Below, in pieces: positions 40,403-49,112 of a DNA stretch of 64,000 bases. Below the pieces are notes generated by a model. That model was not told the DNA's origin, searched no databases, and saw nothing but the letters and a program-made list of their open reading frames with translations. The stretch covers positions 1 through 64,000 of IMG/VR virus record IMGVR_UViG_3300037258_001214, one strand, 5' to 3'. The stretch's first letter is position 1. Every line of letters starts with the position of its first letter. Source of the stretch: a virus. The translations under genes were made by a program, and so were the position numbers.

Positions 40403-41560
40403 ATGGGGTTGAAGCTGCGGGGGGTCGTCCGCTGCGGGCGGTGCGGGAAGGCCCGGGGTCGCACCCACCTGTGCAACCCCGGCAGCCGCCGACGCAGGCG
40501 CACGACCCTGCAGAACCCGGTCACGTGGGAGTGCTCGACCTGCCACAAGACGCGAGGCCTGGCGCACACGTGCGCGCCCCGCTCGGACTTCAAGGCCCGC
40601 AAGCGGAAAGCTGCGACGGCCGAGCGGCGCCGCAAGAAGAAGGCCGCCACCGCGCGGCGGGCCGCCAGGCGCAAGCAGGCCGCAGCCGAGCGGCGCGCCC
40701 GGGAAAAGGCCCGCAAGAAGACCGCCCCCAAGTCGCGGCCGCGACCGCGAGGCGATGGTCACGAGCCGGGGGCGTGCGGCGACCGGGACTGCCCCAGGTA
40801 CGGCTGCAAGGCGTATTTCCAGGGCGTCGAGGACTGCCCGCTGCCCCACGACGGAGGAGGCTGACGTGCACGTCCTGCACCTGATCGCCCTCGGCCTGGT
40901 CTTCATCGCCGGCCGGGGGGTCTTCCTGTACTTCAGGCCCTGGCGTCCGTGCCGGTGGTGCCGTCCGGGCGGACTTCTCGGCGGCAGCCTGCTGGCGCAG
41001 ATGGCCGGGCACCGGCCGGAGCAGCGCAAGCGCGGGCGCCACTGCTGGCGGTGCAAGGGCAAGGGCAAGAAGGAAACGCGCCGGTGGGGTGCGTGGCACG
41101 TCCACAAGGTCAAGGACTCGCTGATCCGGGCGTGGCAAGAACGGGGACTGGACTGATGGCGCGCGGCGCCTGGAAAGGATCCGGCACCTGGGAGACCAGC
41201 GGCCCGGATCTGCGCGTCATCCTCCTGGTCGCCGTGGTCGCGGTGCTCGGCGGCTCCGGTGCCGCCGTCGCGATAGCGACGACGCTGCTCACGATCCTCA
41301 TCGTCGCCGCTGTCGTCGCGGTAGCCGCCGTCGCCGTGACCCTGTGGCTGATCTGGCGCTTCTCGGGCAGCCGCGGCATGGTTACCCGCCCGGCCCCCCC
41401 GTCCGTGACCGCGACCGCGAGACCGCAGGTCACCCAGGCGACGGCCCGCGCGATCGAGAATCACGTCCACTACCACGTCCACGTCGGCGAGCACGATGCC
41501 GCCGCCGTGCGCGCCGTGCTCCCCGGAACGGCCGGGGACGCCATCACCGAAGGGAACTGA
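40403..41560 (+). CDS. Three transfer-module accessory genes: basic Zn-ribbon (40403-40864), TM + CxxC (40866-41156), membrane protein (41156-41560)
   Basis: CxxC pairs and hydrophobic segments; coupled starts. Confidence 0.65.
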
Positions 41561-41562
41561 CC

Positions 41563-42189
41563 ATGGGCTGGGCAGTCGGATTCGACAGCAGATGGAACCG
41601 TGACATCGGGTACGGCGTACCTGCGACCTGCGACCGGCCGCGCTGCGGTGAGGTCATTGATCGCGGGCTGAGCTACGTCTGCGGCGGCGAGCCGTACGGC
41701 GGGGAGCGTGGCTGCGGCCTGTACTTCTGCGAGCGGCATCTGGCCGGGTCGCGGAAGTCGGGAGACCGCTTTGTGCCGGTGTGCGGTCGCTGCGACAAGA
41801 ACCGGGCGCCGTACGACCCGACGCCGGACGTCCGCGAATGGATCGAGCGGAAGCTGACCGACGAGTCGTGGGGCACCTGGCGGGACGAGAATCCCGAGGC
41901 GGTCGCGGTCATGAAGGCGGCGGTCAGCGACCAGCAAGGAGGACTGACCGTGTACAAGCTGTACCGCGACGAGACCGCATGCGATAGCGACGACTTCGGG
42001 CCGCCGCACGGCGAGTACCTGACCCTCGCCCTGGCGATGGTAGCTACCGGGCTGCCCGTCAGCGCCTGGCAGACGAGCAAGCACTGCCCGGATGAGATCT
42101 TCACCTGCAAGCCCGGCTCAGCCGGCGTGGACTGGCAGCTGCTCGCCCCCGGCGCTGCTGCCGAGTTCGCCGCGATGAAGGCTGCGTGA
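41563..42189 (+). CDS. Cys-rich phage hypothetical protein, apparently two domains
   Basis: RDIGYGVPATCDRPRCGEVIDRGLSYVCGGEPYGGERGCGLYFC. Confidence 0.65.
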   Translation: MGWAVGFDSRWNRDIGYGVPATCDRPRCGEVIDRGLSYVCGGEPYGGERGCGLYFCERHLAGSRKSGDRFVPVCGRCDKNRAPYDPTPDVREWIERKLTDESWGTWRDENPEAVAVMKAAVSDQQGGLTVYKLYRDETACDSDDFGPPHGEYLTLALAMVATGLPVSAWQTSKHCPDEIFTCKPGSAGVDWQLLAPGAAAEFAAMKAA

Positions 42190-43139
42190 CCCGTCCGGCC
42201 GACTCGAAGAACGGGGCCCCGATGCTGATGCGACTCCCGCAATTCCGTCTCCGCCTGCGCCGCAGGAACCGGCCGCAGCCGGACGCGCCTCGTATCGTCC
42301 TGCGGTGGGACCGCCCGGCCATCATCGCCGCGCAGCCGGTCGCCGTCGTCGCCGCTGTTGCGGGGGCCGTCAGCTACTCGCACATCGTGGCGCTCGGCCT
42401 GCGCGTCGGCCAGGATTCTGCGGACGCGCACCTGCTGCCGGTCTCGGTCGACGGCCTCATCATCGCGGGGTCGGTCATCATCATGTGCGGGTCGCTGCTC
42501 GGCTGGGTCGGCGTGGTCCTGGGCGTGGCCGCAACCCTGTTCGCGAACGTCGAGGCCGGCCTGCCGCACGGCGCGCTGTCGGCCGCCGTGTCGGCGTGGC
42601 CCGCGTTCGCGTTCACTTGTGCCAGCTTCATGCTCGAGCGGTGGCTGAAATCGCAGGCCGGCCGTACTGCCGGGCCGCCGCCCGAAGTGGCCGCGCTGCA
42701 CGCGCAGGTGGACGAGCTGCGGGCGCAGGCAACCGCAGAAATCACCGGCCTGCGGAGCGAAACGGAGGCGGTCCGGAGCGAGCTGGAGACCGCAGAAACG
42801 GCCCGCAGCGAAGCTGAGTTGCGGACCGCGGAAGCTGAGGCGCAAACCGCAGAAACCGCCCGCAGGCTGGCCGCCGCGCTGAAGGCGATTTCGGACCGCA
42901 GGGACCCGCAGAAAAACCGCAGCCGCGAACCGAAACCAGGCACCGGAACCGGGCGCCCCGCACCCGCAATTGCGGTCGCTAAAGCACGCGAGATCCTGGC
43001 CGCAGACCCGGATATCGCCGGGGCGAAACTCGGCGAGCTCGTCGGCCGCAGCGGCCGGTGGGGTGAGGCCTTCAAGAAAGAGCACGGCACCGCAACCGCG
43101 AACGGCACCTGGGGCGAGATGGCCGGGGCGTCATCGTGA
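42186..43139 (+). CDS. DUF2637 / Spd-like membrane spread protein
   Basis: VSYSHI, LLPVSVDGLII, ATLFANV, VSAWPAFA; 4 TM, coiled coil, C-terminal HTH. Confidence 0.8.
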   Translation: MTRPADSKNGAPMLMRLPQFRLRLRRRNRPQPDAPRIVLRWDRPAIIAAQPVAVVAAVAGAVSYSHIVALGLRVGQDSADAHLLPVSVDGLIIAGSVIIMCGSLLGWVGVVLGVAATLFANVEAGLPHGALSAAVSAWPAFAFTCASFMLERWLKSQAGRTAGPPPEVAALHAQVDELRAQATAEITGLRSETEAVRSELETAETARSEAELRTAEAEAQTAETARRLAAALKAISDRRDPQKNRSREPKPGTGTGRPAPAIAVAKAREILAADPDIAGAKLGELVGRSGRWGEAFKKEHGTATANGTWGEMAGASS

Positions 43140-43798
43140 CCGGCCCGGCCCTGGAAGGATCTCCGGATATGAGCACATGCCAGGCGGAATCGCTGGACGG
43201 CCACGCGCACACCGGGGATGTCACCGAGTACGCGGGCATCTGCGTGCGGGGCCACGAGCGGCGCGGGCTGCTCTGCGGCGCGTGCGCCAGGCCGCTGCGC
43301 GACCGGGGGCCCGTGGCGGTGACGTGCGCCGAGTGCCCCGATGATGACCCCCGGCCGCGTGTTCTCGTGCTGGCCGAAGTCTGGGACGAGTACAGGGCGG
43401 GGCTCCCCGTCCCGGATCTGTGATGATCGGCCGCACCTACCTTGAGCGCGGCCGGCCGGTCGTCGTGCTGGTCCGCTGGGCCGGGAAAGGCCCGCGCAAC
43501 GTCCTGATCCGCCGCGAGGACGGCCAGCTGGTCGTGCGCCCGTTCCGCGGGTTGCGCCTGCCCCGGTAGGCTTAGCTCAGGCCGTTCGGTCACCCCTTTC
43601 CGCTGCTCAACCCTGATCGGTGAGTGCTCCGTGCTGTCCCCGCACAACCTCCTCGTCGCCGCGATCTTCATCCCTTACATGATCATGATGGGCACCCTGT
43701 TCGCCTACATCTGCTGGACCGGGCGCGAGCAGTCCGGGCGGGACCAGGACGACGCCGATGACGAGGCCGAGCCGCGCAGCCTGCCGCTGGCTGCGTGA
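43136..43798 (+). CDS. Three small genes (43136-43423, 43423-43569, 43631-43798)
   Basis: First two are coupled; the third is a single-TM peptide. Confidence 0.5.
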
Positions 43799-43892
43799 CC
43801 GGGCGTTACGCTGTCATCAGGCACCCCGCCGCTACGGCCAGGGGCGCCACTTCGCCCGCAACGGGACCGCACGACCCGCATGCGAGGCGAGG

Positions 43893-44681
43893 ATGACCGT
43901 TCCCGGCAAGCTCCAGGTCGACACAGGCACCGGCCACGTCACCGGCCCGGCGAGGATCTCGTTCAGCTCGCCGTTCCCGGTGCCGAACGGGGGCTGGGGC
44001 AGCGGCGCCATGATGGGCGTCGTCATGCACACCGAGGTGGGCGACAACCCGGGCACCGAGTCATGGTTCGAGAACCCGGCCGCTCAGGCCTCAGCGGACT
44101 TCGCGGTCGCCCAGGACGGCTCGATCGTCCAGATGGGCCCGGTCGGCAAGGGATGGGTGGCGTGGGCCGAAGCGAACGGCAACCGCGCGTGGTACTCGAT
44201 CGAGCACGCCGATGACGGCCACCCGGCCAACCCGCTGACCGCCGCGCAGATCACCGCGAGCGCACAGCTCGTCGAGGTGCTGGCGCGGTTCGCCGGCTTC
44301 CCGCTCCAGGTCAGCGACAGCACCAGCGTGAAGGGCTACGGCTGGCACGGGATGGGCGGCCAGGCGTGGGGCGGACACCTGAACTGCCCCGGCGACGTCC
44401 GCAAGGCCCAGCGGCCCCAGATCATCGCGCTGGCCATGGCCATCCGCCAGGGCGGGCAGCCCGCGGCGTCCGTCCGCGAGTGGACCACGGCGGGCATGTC
44501 GTCGCTGGCCCAGCTGGCACAGCAGGAGCACACCGAGCCTTCGACGATCCTGCGCCTGACCGCCCAGCACGCGCCCGTCTACCCGGGCCCGGTGGCCGCG
44601 TGGCTCAACGCCGTGTTCGCGGGCACCGCCGACCCGTCCAAGCCGATGCCAGCCGGACTGGCCCTGTACCTGCCCGCCTGA
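43893..44681 (+). CDS. Endolysin, N-acetylmuramoyl-L-alanine amidase
   Basis: VVMHTE, ASADFAVAQDGSIVQM, SIEH, GWH, HLNCPG. Confidence 0.85.
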   Translation: MTVPGKLQVDTGTGHVTGPARISFSSPFPVPNGGWGSGAMMGVVMHTEVGDNPGTESWFENPAAQASADFAVAQDGSIVQMGPVGKGWVAWAEANGNRAWYSIEHADDGHPANPLTAAQITASAQLVEVLARFAGFPLQVSDSTSVKGYGWHGMGGQAWGGHLNCPGDVRKAQRPQIIALAMAIRQGGQPAASVREWTTAGMSSLAQLAQQEHTEPSTILRLTAQHAPVYPGPVAAWLNAVFAGTADPSKPMPAGLALYLPA

Positions 44682-44691
44682 GGAGCCCGAG

Positions 44692-44922
44692 ATGACCTCA
44701 CCTGTTGCCCCCGTCGAGACCAAGACCGCCGCCGCAGCGTCCGTGAGCACCGTCACAGGCGTGATCACGTGGATGCTGGTCAGCTACATCCCGGCCTGGC
44801 ACGCGGGCATCCCCGCGCCGCTGGCGACCTTCCTGCCGTTCATCGTCGCCAGCGTCCTGGGAGCGGCTTCGGGCTGGCTGGCTCCGCACACGCCGCGCCC
44901 GGCCGTCCCGCCCGCGTCATGA
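44692..44922 (+). CDS. Putative holin
   Basis: PVETKTAAA start, two TM helices, LAPHTPR end; follows the endolysin. Confidence 0.75.
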   Translation: MTSPVAPVETKTAAAASVSTVTGVITWMLVSYIPAWHAGIPAPLATFLPFIVASVLGAASGWLAPHTPRPAVPPAS

Positions 44923-45287
44923 CCCGCTGGGGTGCCTATGTCGAGCAGCGCCTTGGCGAGCTGGAGCGCGGCGAAGGCGACTATACCGAGCTGAAGCAGC
45001 CATCGGCGGCGACCGTGGCGCACGCTCGCAAGGTAGCCGCCGAGACGTTCCGCGACACCACGCCGACGCCTTCAGTGGTGCCCACGGCAGATGGCGGGAT
45101 CGACTTCGCGTGGCACAAGAACGGCTACGACGTCGAGATCACCGTCACGGAGACCGAAGCGGACATCTGGGCCCGGCAGCGCGCTACCGGCGAGGAGTGG
45201 GCGAGCCCGCTTCCCGATCACGACCGGTGCTGCGTCCCTCGCGTCCTCGACGCGCTGGAGGCGACCGGGGTAGAACGCACCGGCTGA
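44919..45287 (+). CDS. Hypothetical protein
   Basis: PSVVPTADGGIDFAW motif. Confidence 0.55.
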   Translation: MTRWGAYVEQRLGELERGEGDYTELKQPSAATVAHARKVAAETFRDTTPTPSVVPTADGGIDFAWHKNGYDVEITVTETEADIWARQRATGEEWASPLPDHDRCCVPRVLDALEATGVERTG

Positions 45288-45445
45288 CATCCGTACCATA
45301 CTGACCAGCACCACCCTGTACCAGCGCCGCAACAGCGCCAGCGCAATCCCGGAACGGGAGATCCATTGGCACCATCAATGGCTCCCGCACGGGGATGCCG
45401 CCGACGTCGCAGTGCGCGATTCCTCGCGTGCGCGCACGAGGGCAT

Positions 45446-45943
45446 ATGAGCGCCCCGCCTCTTACCGATGCCGAGCGCGCCAGGATCCGCGAACTCCACG
45501 CACAGGGAATGTCGGCGAGCGCGATCGGCCGGGAGATCGGCCGCAGTCAGGGTGCCGTCTCCAAGAACGCCGCAGCCATGGGACTGTCGTTCGACCGCGC
45601 CCAGACCAAGGCGGCCACCGGGGCGAACGTGGCCGACAGCGCGGCGCGGCGGGCTGAGACGTCGCGGCGGTTCCTGGAGAAGGCCAACGACCTGCTCGAC
45701 CAGATGGACGGCCCGTTCGTGGCCTACAACTTCGGCGGCAAGGAGAACAGCTACAACGAGCACGAGTTCGAGAAGCCGCCCGTTGACGCGCTGCGGACGC
45801 TGGTGCAGGCCGCGGCGACCGCGTTCGACAGGCATATGGCCCAGGACCGGCACGACGCGGCCGGCGAGGAGGGCGGCTCGGCTGTCGACCAGTGGCTGCG
45901 GATGATGATGGGCGGCAACTCCCCGGCCGGCGGGACCCCCTGA
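45446..45943 (+). CDS. Terminase small subunit (HTH)
   Basis: N-terminal HTH; stop overlaps the terL start. Confidence 0.75.
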   Translation: MSAPPLTDAERARIRELHAQGMSASAIGREIGRSQGAVSKNAAAMGLSFDRAQTKAATGANVADSAARRAETSRRFLEKANDLLDQMDGPFVAYNFGGKENSYNEHEFEKPPVDALRTLVQAAATAFDRHMAQDRHDAAGEEGGSAVDQWLRMMMGGNSPAGGTP

Positions 45944-47265
45944 TGCTGGCCGCGCTGCAGGCCAAGGCACTCGACGCGGTGCCGCTGTGCACGCACCGGT
46001 TCAACATCTTCGAGGGCAGCGTCCGGTCGTCGAAGACGGTGACGTCGCTGCTGCCGTGGCTGGATTTCGTGCGGCACGGCCCGAAGGGGCCCCTGCTGAT
46101 GGTGGGGAAGACCGGGGACACGCTGAAGCGGAACACGATCGACCCGCTGACGGAGATGCTGGGCGCGTCCCGGTGCGCGCACAACATCGGGACGCGGGAG
46201 CTGAAGCTGCTCGGCCGCACGCTGTACCTGGCGTCGGCGAACGATGAGAAAGCGGCGGCGAAGATCGCGGGCCTGACGCTGGCGGGGGCGTACGGGGATG
46301 AGCTGTCGACGTGGCCGGAGTCGTTCTTCCGGATGCTCGGGTCGCGGCTGTCGCTGCCGGGCGCGAGGATGTTCGGGACGACGAACCCGGACAACCCGAT
46401 GCACTGGCTGAAAGCCGGCTATCTGGACCGGGCGAAAGTGCACCTTACCCAGGCCGGTGACGTGCTGGTCTCCGCTGACCCGGACGCGCTCGACCTGGCC
46501 AGGATGTCGTTCGTCCTGGCCGACAACCCGCACCTGCCGCCCGAGTACGTCGCCGCCCTGGCCGCGGAGTACACGGGCCTGTGGCACCGCAGGTACATCC
46601 TCGGCGAGTGGGTGATCGCCGAGGGCGCGGTGTATGACATGTTCGACCTGGCCCGGCATGTCGTCGGCGACTGCCCGGTGATCAAGCGGTGGATCTGCTG
46701 CTCGGTGGACTACGGGACGACGAACCCGTTCCATGCGCTGCTGATCGGCCTCGGCGTCGACAAGCGCTTGTACGTGGTCGCGGAGTGGCGGTGGGATTCG
46801 CGGAAGCGGCGCCAGCAGCTCAGCGACGCCCAGTACTCGGCGAAGCTCCGCGAGTGGCTGGCCAGCGTCCGGTACCCGGGTTCGATGCTGCACGGGGTGA
46901 CACCGGAGCGGATCATCGTGGACCCCTCGGCGGCGTCGTTCCGGGTGCAGCTGTTCCAGGACCGGATGCAGTCCATGATGGCCGAGAACGAGGTGCTGGA
47001 CGGGATCCGGCTGGTGTCGTCGCTGCTGTCGACGGGGCGGCTGCTGATCCACGAGTCGTGCACGGACCTCATCGGCGAGCTGCAGTCCTACAGCTGGGAT
47101 GAGAAGGCGGCGGCTAAGGGGGAGGATGTGCCGATCAAGAAGAATGACCACGGCGTGGACGCTCTGCGCTATGGCATTTACACGCCGCGCAGCGTGTGGC
47201 GGAACCTGATCATCCCGTCCGAGGCGCCCCCGAACTACCAGGATCATTTCGGGGTGCCGCTGTAG
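45943..47265 (+). CDS. terL: Terminase large subunit
   Basis: EGSVRSSKT, YGDE, TTNPDNP, SVDYGTTNP, VDPSAASF, NDHGVDALRY. Confidence 0.93.
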   Translation: MLAALQAKALDAVPLCTHRFNIFEGSVRSSKTVTSLLPWLDFVRHGPKGPLLMVGKTGDTLKRNTIDPLTEMLGASRCAHNIGTRELKLLGRTLYLASANDEKAAAKIAGLTLAGAYGDELSTWPESFFRMLGSRLSLPGARMFGTTNPDNPMHWLKAGYLDRAKVHLTQAGDVLVSADPDALDLARMSFVLADNPHLPPEYVAALAAEYTGLWHRRYILGEWVIAEGAVYDMFDLARHVVGDCPVIKRWICCSVDYGTTNPFHALLIGLGVDKRLYVVAEWRWDSRKRRQQLSDAQYSAKLREWLASVRYPGSMLHGVTPERIIVDPSAASFRVQLFQDRMQSMMAENEVLDGIRLVSSLLSTGRLLIHESCTDLIGELQSYSWDEKAAAKGEDVPIKKNDHGVDALRYGIYTPRSVWRNLIIPSEAPPNYQDHFGVPL

Positions 47266-47273
47266 CGAGCGGC

Positions 47274-47881
47274 TTGACGGGTGGTAGCACAACCGGCTAG
47301 GGTGGTACTACCACCTAGAGGGGAGCCCGAGATGCACCGCATAGCAGTCAAGATGCCAGCGGCGGCCGACCACGCCCCGCTGTCCGTGCTGAACCGGACC
47401 GGACGGGGCATCCGCACCACGATCGTCTGCTCGTGCGAGTGGATGCCGGCCAAGGCGCCCGCCGCCGCGTCCACGATGAACAACTCGCACATGGCGCACC
47501 GCCGCAAGCAGGGAATGCCCCGTGCGGACTACTCGGCCACCGTGTTCGGCGAAGGCCCGTGGATGGGCCTGACGTGGGATGAGTGGCACGACGCGCACGG
47601 CGACGAGAACGTGGACCCCTACACCGGGATGTCCCGTGCCTAACCAGCATGCCACCAAGCCCAGGGCCGTCCGGTTGCCGGGCGGCCTTGAGGCGCGCGT
47701 GAAGGCAGCTGCGGAAGCGGACGGCGGGACCGTCAACGCCTTCATCGTCGCCGCGATCGAGGAGAAGCTGGAGCGGCGCGGTAGCACCACCCCGGCCGGC
47801 CGGGTAGCACCACCCGCTGTCACCTTCACTGCGCCGCTCGACAGCCCGGATGCCCGTCGCCGGACGGGAGGAACCAGGTGA
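47274..47881 (+). other. Moron: promoter/operator, hypothetical gene (47332-47643) and RHH/Arc-like gene (47636-47881)
   Basis: TTGACG at 47274; palindrome GGTGGTA-C-TACCACC at 47301-47315; RAVRLPGGLEARVKAAAEADGGTVNAFIVAAIEEKL. Confidence 0.7.
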
Positions 47882-49112
47882 GCCCGTTCCGCAGTCGCCA
47901 GCAGCCGCCTCCGCGGCGGCAGCCGCATCCCGACGCGCGCATTGAGGCCGAGTTCCAGCGGATCATCTCGCTGCGGAAGGCCGTTGCCCGCAAAGAGGGA
48001 CTCGCCGCGAAGGACCACGAGCAGATCACCGCCATGCGAGAGCAACTCGCGCAGCACCCGACATGGGACCGGGCTCCGAAGCTGGCGGCAGCAGGTCGAT
48101 GCGCTCCTGGACGAAGTGGAGGAACTGGACGGCGACGTCACGAAGCTCCACGACGAGATCGCCGCGCGGATCGGCAAGATTGATGACGCCGACCTGGCGT
48201 GGCTGGAAAGCGGTCAGCCATGATCCCCGCCGAGCTGGACCAGATCCGGGACCGCCTCCGTCCGCACGGCCCGCACGTCTGCGATGACCGCTGCACCTGC
48301 CCGGTTCACGGCACGCCGCTGATCTACTGGCCAGCGGGGGACGATCACGCCTGCCGGGACATCACCTGCAAGTACGGACACGGTGGCGCGCTAGCGCCTG
48401 CAGCGGAACCTCCCGCCTCGTAAGCTACAGCTATGGCCGAACCGCGCGAGCTCATCATCACCGACGACGGGGAAGCGCTCTTCTCCGGCCATGTCGGCAT
48501 GCGCGTCCAACTGCCAGCCCAGCAGCTCCGGTGCTCTCCTGACCTCGCCGCCGCGATCCGCGAGCTGGACGCCGCCGCCGAGCCGGGCCGGCCCTCTCCG
48601 TCGCTGCTGATCTTCGGTGCCAGCGAGATCATCGCGGACGAGTCGGTGCTGTCCGGCGACTGGCACCTGGAGCAGGCCGGCCGCGTGATCCAGACCGGAC
48701 ACCTGGATGCAGCCTCGCTAGACTCGGCCGCCTCGTAAGCTACGATTCACCCAGGACGCCTCAGCCGCGTCCGTCCCGCGCTGCAACAGCGCTCAGATGA
48801 TCCCGCAACGGGTGCAAGCCTCACAGGAGATTGCGCCCCGTGCCGGAAACCTTGCCCGCGCCGCCTGATAACAGGCCGTACGTGCCGATGCACGAGCCCG
48901 GGCATGAGATCCGCACGCTATCCCTCGACGGCACCCGCAAGCACCGGTGGAAGCAGGTCGGCTGGCAGGGCCAGACCGGCGCCATCTACGGCCTCGGCGA
49001 GAAGCCGCAGCTGCACGAGCCGGGATCGTTCTCGCCGCTCTACGTGATGGTCGATTCTGACTACGTAGAGCTTCCCTCTGAGCTTTCGAGGGGAGGTGAT
49101 GCAGCGGAATGA
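47878..49112 (+). CDS. Four small accessory genes (47878-48223 with a +1 frameshift near 48079; 48220-48423; 48433-48738; 48831-49112)
   Basis: Coupled ORFs between terL and portal. Confidence 0.55.

Noticed and set aside
6950-48085. Single-base frameshifts at ~6957 (extra A), ~23730 (extra G), ~32011 (possible extra C) and ~48079 (extra A) as programmed recoding
   Set aside because: Each is +1 in a short homopolymer with no TTA, landing codon or shared signal, so they are most simply sequencing indels. They are also the reason the TGG-TTA-G at 61716-61722 alone could be an error.
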